In this document: one piece after another, positions 1-10,733 of the stretch
Numbering within the stretch: position 1 is the stretch's first letter
Layout: every line of letters begins with the position of its first letter
Source: a virus
Taxonomy: Duplodnaviria > Heunggongvirae > Uroviricota > Caudoviricetes
Length of the DNA: 38,087 nucleotides
Strand: one strand, 5' to 3'
Virus record (IMG/VR): IMGVR_UViG_2711768019_000014
The notes under the pieces: generated by a model
Database searches by the model: none
The model's input: the letters and a program-made list of their open reading frames with translations, nothing else
Told to the model about the DNA's origin: nothing
Program-made: the position numbers and the translations under genes

Positions 1-297
1 ACGGGCATCATCCTCCGTCATGGCACCGAGAAAATCATTCAGCGTACCGGGTCGGGAATCTTCATACACGGTGATGGTCCCGGCATGTGACGGCGGGAAT
101 CCTTCCACCAACAGAATAACGCTGTACTGACCGTACTCAACGTCCATGCTGTAACGCCCGGCTTCATCCGGATTTTCTGAGGCCAGCGTGTTCACCACCA
201 CCGTGGTGCTGTTACGTTTTGCTTTCAGCTGGATTGTGCAGTTCTGTACCGGTTTTCCTGTGCCGTCTTTCAGTACACCTGAAATCTTTACTGCCAT
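1..297 (-). CDS. stf: Side tail fibre protein, N-terminal 99 codons (3' part lies beyond the window start)
   Basis: Minus-strand ATG at 297..295 opens a frame running to position 1 without a stop (MAVKISGVLKDGTGKPVQNCTIQLKA...); position immediately after lom as in lambda; N-terminus recognised from memory as Stf-like. Confidence 0.75.
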   Translation of the reverse strand, partial: MAVKISGVLKDGTGKPVQNCTIQLKAKRNSTTVVVNTLASENPDEAGRYSMDVEYGQYSVILLVEGFPPSHAGTITVYEDSRPGTLNDFLGAMTEDDAR

Positions 298-306
298 ATT
301 CACCCC

Positions 307-335
307 ACAAAAAAGCCCGCCTGAACCGGCGGGCT
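307..335 (-). terminator. Rho-independent terminator between lom and stf
   Basis: Hairpin agcccgcc-tgaacc-ggcgggct followed on the minus strand by a T6 run. Confidence 0.5.
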
Positions 336-361
336 GTCATAACACTGTGTTACCTGGCTAA

Positions 362-961
362 TCAGAATTTATAACCGACACCCACGATGAAACCGTCAGT
401 GCGCCAGTCGCCACTGCCGGAGCCTTCATAAGCAATATCAATGGCCACGGATTCGGTCGGGTTAAACTGCACGCCAGCTCCCCACGCCAGAGACGTGTTG
501 CTGTGGCGACCGTCATCACTTCCGGTCAGCACATCGTGCGTTTTCCCCTTGTTGTCAGTTACGCGAAGATAATCCCCGGAGAAAGTCGACACACGGCTGT
601 AAGCCACACCCGCCATCGCATACGCGCTGAACCATTCATTCACGCGCACAGACGGCCCCGCCATCACGCTGAACCAGCGGTTACGCACGGAATCTTCATG
701 CCAGCGGGTATCGCTGTAACGGGTCAGCTGGCGATTCTTGTCTCCTGCATAGCTGAATGACGTCACCAGCCCCAGTGTGTCCGTAAACTCATAACGGTAT
801 TTCACGTTAATCCCGTTCAGATCATCACTGCCGGGGACGTTCGTCGAGGCATGAAGATACCCCGCGCTCAGCGTGGACTGATGTTCAGACGCCCATGCAG
901 GCGCACCGGATACGGCCAGGCAAATGGCTGCGGACAAAATGGCTGCACAAACTTTACGCAT
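362..961 (-). CDS. lom: Lom-like outer membrane protein (Ail/Lom/PagC beta-barrel family)
   Basis: 199 aa with signal peptide (AAILSAAICLAVSGAPAWA), aromatic C-terminus (GYKF), GAGAGG Shine-Dalgarno; lies directly after J as in lambda. Confidence 0.85.
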   Translation of the reverse strand: MRKVCAAILSAAICLAVSGAPAWASEHQSTLSAGYLHASTNVPGSDDLNGINVKYRYEFTDTLGLVTSFSYAGDKNRQLTRYSDTRWHEDSVRNRWFSVMAGPSVRVNEWFSAYAMAGVAYSRVSTFSGDYLRVTDNKGKTHDVLTGSDDGRHSNTSLAWGAGVQFNPTESVAIDIAYEGSGSGDWRTDGFIVGVGYKF

Positions 962-983
962 AATTACCTCTCGCTTTTCTGCA

Positions 984-1012
984 ATAAAAAAGGCGTCATT
1001 CCTGACGCCCTT
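984..1012 (-). terminator. Rho-independent terminator downstream of J
   Basis: Hairpin ggcgtca-ttcc-tgacgcc flanked by an A-run and a T-run. Confidence 0.5.
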
Positions 1013-1031
1013 TATTGGGGTTATAAATATT

Positions 1032-4000
1032 TCAACGAATACTGATGCCGGAAGCGGCTTTTTTGGTCACAATCACCGTACAGTCGGTGATATTGCCTGC
1101 CCCCTGATTGCCTTTCTGGAAAATCTTAAACTCCAGAGTGACGCTTCCCCTGCCACTCGGCATATCAATAACTGCACTGTAACTACCGGGAATGGCCCCT
1201 TTAGTTTCTCTGGATGCGATTAATACGCCGTTTTTGCGAACTTCAAAACCATAACCCGTGTATCGCGTGCCTCCTGGGTTATTTCCGCTCCCCGGATCGT
1301 CATACGCTATACCGTTAAAAATAATGGGCGGAATAATAATCTGGCGGTCAAAGTTATGATCATCGCTGATGGTGACTGTAACCGTACCGTCTGGTGTTTC
1401 CGTGTTACCCCACGTACCGACTTTTTTCGGGAAGGCTTTTGATACAGCTTTAACGAAATCTCCTCTGACCTGGGTCGCCTCCAGCATGCCCTTAATCGTA
1501 CAGTTCTGGTTAATCGTGACATTGTTGAGCGTCCCTGAATTTGCATTCACATTACCGCTGATATCCGCATTTTTAGCGGTCAGCTTTCCGTCTGGTGTCA
1601 GGGAAAATGCCGGCGGATTTCCACCGCTGGTAATGGTGGGAGCCGTCAGGCGTTTCAGGAACACGTCATTCATGAATATCTGGTTGCCCTGCGCCACAAA
1701 CATCGGCGTTTCATTCCCGTTTGCCGGGTCAATAAACGCGATACGGTTAGCGGCAACCAGAAACTGGCTCAGTTTGCCTTCCTCCGTGTCCTCCATGCTG
1801 AGGCCAATACCCGCGACATAATGTTTGCCGTCTTTGGTCTGCTCAATTTTGACGCCCCACATGGCATTCCACTTATCGTTGGCGTCCTTCCACTCTTTCG
1901 AAAACTCCTCCAGTCTGCTGGCGTTATCCTCCGTCAGGTCGACTTTTTCCAGCAGCTCCTGGCCGAGATGGGATTCGGTTATCTGGCCTTTGAAAAAATC
2001 CAGGTAACCTTCCGCATCATCGCTCGCCCGACCGACAGCCTCCACGAATGCTGATTTGCCGACGGTGTTCACACTGCGGATATAAAAGTAATAATCATGG
2101 CCCGGCTTAATATTGATACTGGCGGCTATCCAGTACAGCCCCGTGCCAAGGTAGCGGGCTGTGGTTTCAACCTGCCTGATATCCGCAATCCGTTTTTCCG
2201 AGAACCAGAACTCAAACTGTACCGTCGGGTCATAAACCGCAAGATGCGGCGTGGCGGTTATCTGAAAATAGCCCGGCGTCAGCTCAATCCGCGACGGCGC
2301 TGCCGGTGCGGCAATCCGGAACGATACCGACGCCGGATCGCCCTGCTGCCCCCACGCATTTACTGCCCGGACTGTCAGCCTGTAGTTCCCCAGAGCCAGT
2401 TGTGTGAAGCGGTAAGTGGTTTCCGTCGTCCGGGCCGTGCTGACCAGCCGCTCACGGCCGTCATCCGCTGCCACGGTCAGGCGAAGCAGGAAGCTCACGC
2501 CCTTCACCACCTTCGGCGTGTCCCAGCGGGCCAGCACCTGGTATTCCCCGCTGTCTGCGGTGACTTCTGCGGTCAGGTGCTGCACCGCTGGCGGCGTGAC
2601 ACCATTTACCGTGCCGCTCTGGTCGCCGTCAAAGTGCGCCCCGTTATCCACGATGGCCTCTTTTTCCGGTACATGCTGCACGGCAGTGATGGCATACGTG
2701 CCGTCGTCGTTCTCACGGATACTCACGCAGCGGAACAGGCGCTGGCGCAGCGTCGGCAGCTTCAGCCCCCATACGCTGTATTCAGCAACGCCGTCAGGAA
2801 CACGGCTCACTTTCACCTTCACGCCGTCGGTGACGGACTGAACCTCCACGCTGACCGGATTGCCACTTCCGTCAACCAGGCTTATCAGCATGGTACCGGA
2901 GGATGGCAGCGTGATTTCACGGTCGAGCGTCAGCGTCCGGGTCTGGCTGTTTACCGCCAGCACGCGCCCGCCGGTGCGGATACCGGCATAGTCATCATCG
3001 CAGATTTCAATGACATCGCCCGGTACATGGCGAAGCCCTTCGGCACCCACGCTGAAGTCCACGGTCTGCGTTTCCAGCAGTTCTGTTTTAATCAGCCANN
3101 NNNNNNNNNNNNNNNNNNNNNNNNNNNNNNNNNNNNNNNNNNNNNNNCTTCGTGACGTTACGACCGTAACGGGCAATGGCCTGCGTGTCCTCCACAAGCT
3201 CTGTCGCCGTCTCCCAGCCGTTATTCGGGTCAATCCAGTTCACCTCAACGGCATTATGGCGGTCCTTCAGGGCGCTGAAGCTGTAGCGGAACGGCGCACC
3301 ATCATCCGGCATCACCACATTACTGCGGTTATAGGTCCACACCTTATCCGACGGTCGGTCCTGCACGAACGTCAGCGTCTGCCCGTTCCATACCGGCATA
3401 CAGCGCATCGCCGAGCAGAAATCACTGAGCACATCCCACGCCTTGCGCTGTGTGGTCAGGTACGCATTACAGGTGATGCGCNNNNNNNNNNNNNNNNNNN
3501 NNNNNNNNNNNNNNNNNNNNNNNNNNNNNNNNNNNNNNNNNNNNNNNNNNNNNNNNNNNNNNNNNNNNNNNNNNNNNNNNNNNNNNNNNNNNNNNNNNNN
3601 NNNNNNNNNNNNNNNNNNNNNNNNNNNNNNNNNNNNNNNNNNNNNNNNNNNNNNNNNNNNNNNNNNNNNNNNNNNNNNNNNNNNNNNNNNNNNNNNNNNN
3701 NNNNNNNNACGGCACCTGCAGAATGCGCCCGCGCAGATGATAATTACGGCTCACCTGCTGGCTGCCGAACTGCTCCGAATCCACCTGCACGCCGACCAGT
3801 GCCGTGTTCGGGTAGCACTGTTTCACATCGATGATTTCGGTGTATGACGACCAGAGCGTTTTGTTCTGCAGCTGGTCTGTGGTGCTGTCCGGCGTCATCC
3901 TGCGCATCCGTATATTGAACGGGCGCGGCGGCAGGTTACCCACCACCACCGAGGCCAGATACTGCGAGGTGGTTTTGCCCTTAATGGTGATGTCTTTTTC

Positions 4001-4447
4001 CGTCACCCAGCCACCATTACGTTGTATCTGAACCAGCAGGCGGACTTCCGACGGATTCCTGTCCCCCTTTGAGGTGGTTTCCACCAGTGCCTGCACACCG
4101 AAGGTAAAGCGCAGACGGTCAATGTTTGCCGACGTGATGGTCCGGGTGATCGGCGTGTCGTATTTCACTTCCGTACCCAGTACCGTCTCGGAACCTGATG
4201 ATTCAAATCCCTCCGGCGGTGTCTGTTCCTGCTCACCTGCCCGGAACACCACCGTGACACCAGAGATGTTGGTATTCCCCTCACTGTCCAGCACCGGTGT
4301 ACTGTTCAGCAGCACGCTTTTTAATCCATCCACCGGACCTTCAACCGGCCCTTCGCTGATGGTATCGATCACACTCAGCAACTGCGTGGACTTCAGGTTG
4401 TCCTTTGCTTCGCGCGGGGTATGCCCCTTACTGCTGCCTTTACCCAT
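1032..4447 (-). CDS. J: Host specificity protein J (central tail fibre / tip attachment protein); interrupted by two N-masked blocks
   Basis: About 1138 codons read as three frame segments (1032-3098, 3148-3481, 3709-4447); N-terminus [24 protein letters not shown]; size and position match lambda J; the total span is not a multiple of 3, so frame continuity across the masks is unverified. Confidence 0.85.
3099..3147. other. N-masked block (49 nt) inside J
   Basis: Run of n. Confidence 1.
3482..3708. other. N-masked block (227 nt) inside J
   Basis: Run of n. Confidence 1.
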
Positions 4448-4507
4448 TCCTCACGCTCCATAAACGACAAAACCGCCCGGAGGCGGTTTCACATAAAACA
4501 TTTTGCA

Positions 4508-5155
4508 TCAGCGACCAATCACCACAACCTGACCACCATCCCCTTCGTCTGCCGTGCTGATCTCCTGAGAAACCACACGTGACCCCACGCGCATTTCACC
4601 GTACAGAACAGGCAGAACATTGCCCTGGGCAACCATGTTATCCAGTGAGGAGAAATAGGTGTTCTGTTTGCCGTTATCTGTACTGGCTGCCGTGGGCGTC
4701 CTGGCTTTCGGTGCCAGCATCTGCGCCACTCCGCCCAGGATCATACTGGCCCCTGCCGCATACATGCCCGATACAGCCGCGGCCCCCAGCCAGCCCACAG
4801 GGTTCCACCATGCCACCGCAATCAGCGCCGCCCCAAGCACCACCTGAAACACACCGCCACTTTTAGCTCCCGCCAGACGCGGCACGATGTGGATCACGGC
4901 ACCATTTGCCAGCGGCTCATTAAGACGGGCAGATAATTCATTTTCGCCTGCATCACGCCCGGCAATGCGCACCTGATACCAGCCCTCATTCAGTTTCTGA
5001 CGAAACGCCGGGATCTGCATGGCCAGCGCCCGGATGGCTTCGGACCCCGTTTTCACTCGAAGGTCGATGCGGCGGCCAAATCGTTGTAAATCCCCGTAAA
5101 GGCAGATGCGTGCCATGCCCGGTGACGCCAGAGGGAGTGTGTGCGTCGCTGCCAT
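4508..5155 (-). CDS. I: Tail assembly protein I
   Basis: 215 aa; sits between K and J and overlaps K by about 100 nt, as lambda I does; ubiquitin-like N-terminal region followed by a hydrophobic segment. Confidence 0.8.
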   Translation of the reverse strand: MAATHTLPLASPGMARICLYGDLQRFGRRIDLRVKTGSEAIRALAMQIPAFRQKLNEGWYQVRIAGRDAGENELSARLNEPLANGAVIHIVPRLAGAKSGGVFQVVLGAALIAVAWWNPVGWLGAAAVSGMYAAGASMILGGVAQMLAPKARTPTAASTDNGKQNTYFSSLDNMVAQGNVLPVLYGEMRVGSRVVSQEISTADEGDGGQVVVIGR

Positions 5156-5822
5156 TTGTCGGTATACCTCTCTCGTTTGCTCAGTTGTTCAGGAATATGG
5201 TGCAGCAGCTCGCCGTCACCACAGTAAATGGCGGCATGATTCGGCACCGATGAACCAAAACAGCACAGCAGCACATCGCCCGGCTGCGCCGCTGACAACG
5301 GCACCTGATACAGCCCTGTANNNNNNNNNNNNNNNNNNNNNNNNNNNNNNNNNNNNNNNNNNNNNNNNNNNNNNNNNNNNNNNNNNNNNNNNNNNNNNNN
5401 NNNNNNNNNNNNNNNNNNNNNNNNNNNNNNNNNNNNNNNNNNNNNNNNNNNNNNNNNNNNNNNNNNNNNNNNNNNNNNNNNNNNNNNNNNNNNNNNNNNN
5501 NNNNNNNNNNNNNNNNNNNNNNNNNNNNNNNNNNNNNNNNNNNNNNNNNNNNNNNNNNNNNNNNNNNNNNNNNNNNNNNNNNNNNNNNNNNNNNNNNNNN
5601 NNNNNNNNNNNNNNNNNNNNNNNNNNNNNNNNNNNNNNNNNNNNNNNNNNNNNNNNNNNNNNNNNNNNNNNNNNNNNNNNNNNNNNNNNNNNNNNNNNNN
5701 NNNNNNNNNNNNNNNNNNNNNNNNNNNNNNNNNNNNNNNNNNNNNNNNNNNNNNNNNNNNNNNNNNNNNNNNNNNGCACATCGCCGGGCGTGCGCCAGAA
5801 TCGCTGATTCTGTCTGTGTCAT
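5053..5822 (-). CDS. K: Tail assembly protein K (NlpC/P60-type cysteine peptidase domain); interrupted by an N-masked block
   Basis: N-terminus MTQTESAILAHARRC before the mask; C-terminal part carries a Cys/His motif (VLLCCFGSSVPNHAAIYCGDGELLHH); position between L and I. Confidence 0.8.
5321..5775. other. N-masked block (455 nt) inside K
   Basis: Run of n. Confidence 1.
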
Positions 5823-5827
5823 GGGAT

Positions 5828-6573
5828 TTACTGCGAAAGTTTGTTAATGGAAAGGAAGCCGCCAAAGTTGCCGACGTTATTGCGAAACTTACAGCCGCTC
5901 AGGCATTTGCTGCATTTATCCTTCGTGATATCGGACGTCGGCTGATCATATTCATCCGCGACCGCCGGACCGTGATAACCGCACTCATCGCCGCGATAGG
6001 TCCAGGTGCAGGTGTTGGCCAGCATGATACGTCCCGGAAAAACGGCACCGTCCGTTTCCGTCNNNNNNNNNNNNNNNNNNNNNNNNNNNNNNNNNNNNNN
6101 NNNNNNNNNNNNNNNNNNNNNNNNNNNNNNNNNNNNNNNNNNNNNNNNNNNNNNNNNNNNNNNNNNNNNNNNNNNNNNNNNNNNNNNNNNNNNNNNNNNN
6201 NNNNNNNNNNNNNNNNNNNNNNNNNNNNNNNNNNNNNNNNNNNNNNNNNNNNNNNNNNNNNNNNNNNNNNNNNNNNNNNNNNNNNNNNNNNNNNNNNNNN
6301 NNNNNNNNNNNNNNNNNNNNNNNNNNNNNNNNNNNNNNNNNNNNNNNNNNNNNNNNNNNNNNNNNNNNNNNNNNNNNNNNNNNNNNNNNNNNNNNNNNNN
6401 NNNNNNNNCTGTCGCCCCTGCCAGGTGACCGGCTCACCTTTTTCGTTCTGCTCATTACAGAAAAAATAACGTTCTCCACCGACCTCTGTCAGATCGATTT
6501 CCCAGAGCACCACCTGGGCTGACTGAGTGAGGCGTGTCGTCTCATGATGTGTTTCCTGTGGAATATCCTGCAT
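5828..6573 (-). CDS. L: Minor tail protein L; interrupted by an N-masked block
   Basis: N-terminal segment MQDIPQETHHETT... and a Cys-rich C-terminal segment (CTWTYRGDECGYHGPAVADEYDQPTSDITKDKCSKCLSGC) lie in different frames either side of the mask; position between M and K. Confidence 0.8.
6063..6408. other. N-masked block (346 nt) inside L
   Basis: Run of n. Confidence 1.
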
Positions 6574-6582
6574 CAGAGACTC

Positions 6583-6912
6583 CTATGCCACGACCTGTTC
6601 AAAATCTGCCGTTATGGTTACCCACAACGCCCCCACGCTTGCCGACCATTTACGACAAACCACCCTGATCGGCTTCCAGTCATAAGGTGGCGTCCACTGA
6701 AATGCGCGGACGCCACCGTGCCGTTCCAGAAAGGCTTTTAAAGATGGGTGTTCACATTTACGAACACGTATCGTCACGCTGTAAGTCGACAACTGGTTAT
6801 TCAGTCCCGCCGCACGACGCTGTTCATAACCATCGCCCAGCTTCACTGTCACCACTTTCGGCTCTGATACCACATTCATATCCGGGCGCACTTTCCAGTG
6901 AAACGTCTCCAT
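6583..6912 (-). CDS. M: Minor tail protein M
   Basis: 109 aa (the same length as lambda M), directly downstream of H with its start abutting the H stop. Confidence 0.8.
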   Translation of the reverse strand: METFHWKVRPDMNVVSEPKVVTVKLGDGYEQRRAAGLNNQLSTYSVTIRVRKCEHPSLKAFLERHGGVRAFQWTPPYDWKPIRVVCRKWSASVGALWVTITADFEQVVA

Positions 6913-9900
6913 TACCGATATGCTCCACTTAACCGACCACCATCACGGGCCTGCTGTTGCATAAAGTCCGCTGCCGCTTTTTTCCCAAGGTCATAAACCA
7001 CCTTCAGGGCAGCCGGACCTATCTGCCCGTTCGTGCCATCGTTATTGATCTCGATGTTGTACTGCGGGGCAAACATCGCCATACCTGAACCACCAATATC
7101 CGCCACAACCCCCAGCTTACCGTCAGCACCACGACGCAGTGGCAGAATGGCTTCAGGTCCCGCTTCCCCCATCACACCCGCGCCTTTTGCAAAAGCAAAA
7201 AACGTCGGACGGTTAACCACCGTGCCACTGTAACGACTCAAATCAGCAGACTGATAAATCCCCCCATTGGCATTCAGGGAAAGGCTGCTGAGATCAAATC
7301 CCAGTACACTGCCAATCCCTTTTATCGATTTCATCATGGTTGCCTGCGCCAGGATTTTCGCCATATCTGACAGCACAGAAGAGGTGAAGGATTTGAAATT
7401 GAGTTTGCCGGTAGTGACAAAAGTTGCCAGGCCATTTCCCATGTTGCTGAAGGCTGACGAGAACACCTGTTCTGCTGTTCCTGCCGTATTATCTGCATCC
7501 ACGGTAAAATCCTGAAATGCACGCAGGACTCCGTTTTTCCAGTTACCCTGCACAACTTCAAGCTGTTGCCAGTAACGGCGATTCTCATTCAGTTGTCGGT
7601 TCAGGCTCTCCGTCAGCGCCTGCTCGGCCTTTCTGTAGTCATCCGTGTTATATGTTCCTTTCTGCTCACTATCCCGCCTCAACTGCTCCAGCTGTTGCTG
7701 GTATTTCTGGCGAAGACTCAGTTGTACCTGATATCGCTGCCGCTGCTGATCACCCATACCCACCGTGGCGATATCCAGGTCATGTTGCTGACGCTGAGCG
7801 CGCTCTTCTTCAGCCAGTTGACTGGTCAGCTGAATTGTTTTTTTCTTCAGCTCGTTGAGTGCCGTCTGTTTCTGAAGCTCCTGCTGTTTTACATCCAGCA
7901 GCGTCAGTGCCTGAATCAGTTCATCTTTACGGGCCAGCACACTCTTTTCATCTGCCGTCAGTTTTTTCCCGTCCAGGTCGCTGATGCGCTGCTGCAGAGC
8001 CAGAAGCTGTTTATGCGCTTCTGTCATCCTTTCCGTGGCAATGCCTGCTGACTGTCTGGCAGCAGCAATCTGTCCTTCCACCTGTGCCTGTTGCTGACTG
8101 TACTGCAGCAATAACCGGGTGGCCTCATCATTACGGGGTTCGCGTGTTTTTTTCTTACCGGATGCCAGGGCTTTCTCGTAACGTTCATTTTCACGTTGTA
8201 TCGCCGCATCCCTGACAGCCTGATCGGCGTACTGCATGGAATTAATACGCGCAATTTCACGCTGATGTCGTGCTGCTTCCGTTTCATTCATCCGGTTCAG
8301 TGCAGCATTTTCAGCATTACGGCGTTTCTGTTGCTCCTGATAATTCCGCTCTGCCTGCTCTTTTGCATCCTGCAAATCCTTCTGGCGTTTTTTCTCCTGA
8401 AGCTCGTTAAGACGCTGCTGATCGTACTCAACCTGAGAAGATGATGCCGTCCAGGGGAGTCTTTTCGCCCGCGACACTTTCTCCTGTAAAGCGGAAATCT
8501 GTTCATCCAGCGAGTCTTCACGACCAATATTCATGGCCGCATCCCAGAAACGACTCCATAAATCAGACAGATACTTCAGCGTACTGCCCAGCGCATTGAG
8601 GTTATTATCAATATCCGCAGTACGCCGACCGGTTTCCTCTGCCAGTGCAGACATGGCTATCCGTGCCGCATCACTGGACCGCCCCTGTTCCCCAAGGACG
8701 CGTATCTGCTCAAGCTGAGTGGCAGTAAGAAAATGCAGCTCATTGTCCAGAGCCTTCGCGGCATTTACAGGATCATCCTTCAGCCGCTTAAACTGATTTA
8801 TGGTATCGCTGACCGACTGGCCAACCGATCGCTCCATCTGTGCGGCAGCTCTCGCCACCATACCGATATCGTTTCCACGAAATGCACCACTCCCCACCAC
8901 CTGAGCCAGCGCACCGGCTGCAGCATGTTGCGTAATACCATTCCCGGAAATAGCACGACTGAGCGTCCACAGCTGCCCGGCAGTGACTCCGGCATAATGC
9001 CCCGTCAGCGACAACTGGCGGTTAAATTCTTCCCCCTCCTTCTGACCGTCATACCAGGCTTTACCCAGACCATAGACAGCCGCGGCAATACCGCCAATAA
9101 CCCCGCCCAGCATCATGCCTTTCGGTGACATCAGTGTGTCTATCCATCCGGCACGGTTAGCCAGCGTTATTCCGGACCCCCTCAGCGCCCCTAAATTGCC
9201 GCGGGCCAGTTCACCTATCAGAACGCCTATCTCCTGGCGGGCTGCTGCACTTTTCAGACCCAGCGAATGCGTGGCTTTTCCTGCCTGCTCCATTTTGCGG
9301 ATATACACTTCTGCAGCACTGCTTACCCCCAGCTGGGCAGCCTTAGCACGAAGCAACTCAGAAGATGAAAGATTCTGGCGGGTTGCCTGCTCTTTAAGCT
9401 GACGGATAAACGCCACTTTCTGTCGGGTAGCCTCTTCCTCAGCCTGTGTAAGAACACGGGTTTTCGCCGTAACCTCAGAAATCAGCGCCAGATAATCCTG
9501 CTGACCAATCCCGCCACTGTTTCTGGCCTGTCGGATCTGCTGCTGAATACGCTGTAATTCCTGCAGCCCCGCACTGGCCTGTTTCACACTGTCAATCTGA
9601 CGATAAAACGCAGCAGCCGCTTTATCCTGAGCCTCCGCCAGAGCCATGGCCTGCGCCTGTTCCTCGCGCATTTTCTGGCTCAGTGCCTCCATGCGCTGGC
9701 GGGTTTTCTCCACCTCGCGGGACATGCGTTCATGAGCCTGTGCGTTCTTCTCCACCGTCTGCGCATGGACGGATGCGGCTGTTGCAGCCGAAGAAGCCGC
9801 CTGCGTTGTCTGCCGGGCGGCCTGAGTCTGACGCTCCATAAAACGCTGCATACGGGCAGAAGACCGTTCTGCATCGCTGGCTGCACCATTCAGAAGGTTT

Positions 9901-9977
9901 TTGATACGGGGAATTTCATTTTTAAACTCTGCCGCATCAATCCCCAAATCAATGACCAGGTTGGCTATCTGGTCCAT
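6912..9977 (-). CDS. H: Tail tape measure protein H
   Basis: About 1021 aa with a long Q/E/R/A-rich coiled-coil-like middle and a Gly-rich hydrophobic segment; start at ATG 9977 with GGAGG 8 nt upstream (MDQIANLVIDLGIDAAEF); follows G-T. Confidence 0.85.
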   Translation of the reverse strand: MDQIANLVIDLGIDAAEFKNEIPRIKNLLNGAASDAERSSARMQRFMERQTQAARQTTQAASSAATAASVHAQTVEKNAQAHERMSREVEKTRQRMEALSQKMREEQAQAMALAEAQDKAAAAFYRQIDSVKQASAGLQELQRIQQQIRQARNSGGIGQQDYLALISEVTAKTRVLTQAEEEATRQKVAFIRQLKEQATRQNLSSSELLRAKAAQLGVSSAAEVYIRKMEQAGKATHSLGLKSAAARQEIGVLIGELARGNLGALRGSGITLANRAGWIDTLMSPKGMMLGGVIGGIAAAVYGLGKAWYDGQKEGEEFNRQLSLTGHYAGVTAGQLWTLSRAISGNGITQHAAAGALAQVVGSGAFRGNDIGMVARAAAQMERSVGQSVSDTINQFKRLKDDPVNAAKALDNELHFLTATQLEQIRVLGEQGRSSDAARIAMSALAEETGRRTADIDNNLNALGSTLKYLSDLWSRFWDAAMNIGREDSLDEQISALQEKVSRAKRLPWTASSSQVEYDQQRLNELQEKKRQKDLQDAKEQAERNYQEQQKRRNAENAALNRMNETEAARHQREIARINSMQYADQAVRDAAIQRENERYEKALASGKKKTREPRNDEATRLLLQYSQQQAQVEGQIAAARQSAGIATERMTEAHKQLLALQQRISDLDGKKLTADEKSVLARKDELIQALTLLDVKQQELQKQTALNELKKKTIQLTSQLAEEERAQRQQHDLDIATVGMGDQQRQRYQVQLSLRQKYQQQLEQLRRDSEQKGTYNTDDYRKAEQALTESLNRQLNENRRYWQQLEVVQGNWKNGVLRAFQDFTVDADNTAGTAEQVFSSAFSNMGNGLATFVTTGKLNFKSFTSSVLSDMAKILAQATMMKSIKGIGSVLGFDLSSLSLNANGGIYQSADLSRYSGTVVNRPTFFAFAKGAGVMGEAGPEAILPLRRGADGKLGVVADIGGSGMAMFAPQYNIEINNDGTNGQIGPAALKVVYDLGKKAAADFMQQQARDGGRLSGAYR

Positions 9978-10673
9978 AACGCACACCTCCGGAAATACCT
10001 TCCCCAAGATGCATCAGTTCTTCGTCCGTTCGCTCCGGTATCCCGTTCTCTTCCGGTAAAAGGCTGAAATCAGCCACCGCAGCATCACTGCTGCCGGACA
10101 CCATTCTCACGATCAATGCCTTCAGCGAGGCAAACTGCGCATCCATCCACACATCACTGAAGCTCTGCATCCGGAAATAATCGCCCCACTGACCAAGCTC
10201 AGTGGCCGACATTTCCGACAGCATCCGCCGCCAGTCTGCCCGCCGGAACTCCCGGGCAAGCCGCATGACAAACTGCATTTCCCGCGTCAGGACTTTTCCG
10301 GCGTCAGCCCCTCATGCTCCAAATCCCCGGCATTATCAATGGCCCCCATACCGCTCAGCGACAGAACCATCTCCGCCCCCGCACCCAGGGCATCATACGA
10401 CCATGTTGTAATAACGGATGCGTAAAGCGTCTCAACATCCTGAGACTGTTCCGCATTCCACAGTGAGCGGGAAACCAGCCAGGCATTGATATCCATCCCC
10501 ATCCGCAGAAAAGCAATCTGTCGTTCAGCCTCCGGCAGTTCTCCCTCCCCGGCATCAAACTTTGCCGTTCGCTGCTGAACAAACGTCAGATATTCAATTC
10601 TCTGCAGCCCGGACAGCTCACTGAGCACCACGGACTGTTTTTCATAATTAAACGTGTCCTGTTTCAGAAACAT
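9949..10673 (-). CDS. Tail assembly chaperone G-T produced by a programmed -1 ribosomal frameshift near the 3' end of G
   Basis: The ORF at 9949..10278 is in the -1 frame relative to G and stays open upstream through the G stop; the G frame ends ...CCG GAA AAG TCC TGA and the -1 frame reads ...GKVLTREMQFVMRL...; this is the conserved G/GT arrangement of tailed phages. Confidence 0.6.
10287..10673 (-). CDS. G: Tail assembly chaperone G
   Basis: Start MFLKQDT... with GGTGGAG upstream; acidic C-terminus; located between V and the T frame. Confidence 0.75.
   Translation of the reverse strand: MFLKQDTFNYEKQSVVLSELSGLQRIEYLTFVQQRTAKFDAGEGELPEAERQIAFLRMGMDINAWLVSRSLWNAEQSQDVETLYASVITTWSYDALGAGAEMVLSLSGMGAIDNAGDLEHEGLTPEKS
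10290..10300 (-). promoter_or_regulatory. Candidate -1 frameshift slippery site (mRNA CCGGAAAAGUC)
   Basis: A-rich GGAAAAG motif at the G/T frame junction just before the G stop codon. Confidence 0.45.
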
Positions 10674-10733
10674 CATGTTCTCCACCTGTAAAAAAGCCCC
10701 GAATAACCGGGGCAAATGATGAGTATCGTCCTG

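Noticed and set aside
1369-3155. Long plus-strand ORFs (for example 2097..3155, 1369..1821, 2416..2841) inside the J region
   Set aside because: They lie antisense to and within the strongly supported J gene and have no start context; treated as shadow ORFs.
3482-3708. N runs considered as possible repeats or CRISPR-like spacers
   Set aside because: They are sequence masks, not biological repeats; no direct-repeat and spacer architecture exists anywhere in the window.
7033-9402. Multiple plus- and minus-strand ORFs of 60-160 aa overlapping the tape measure gene
   Set aside because: Shadow frames of the Q/E/R-rich tape measure coding sequence with no independent signals.
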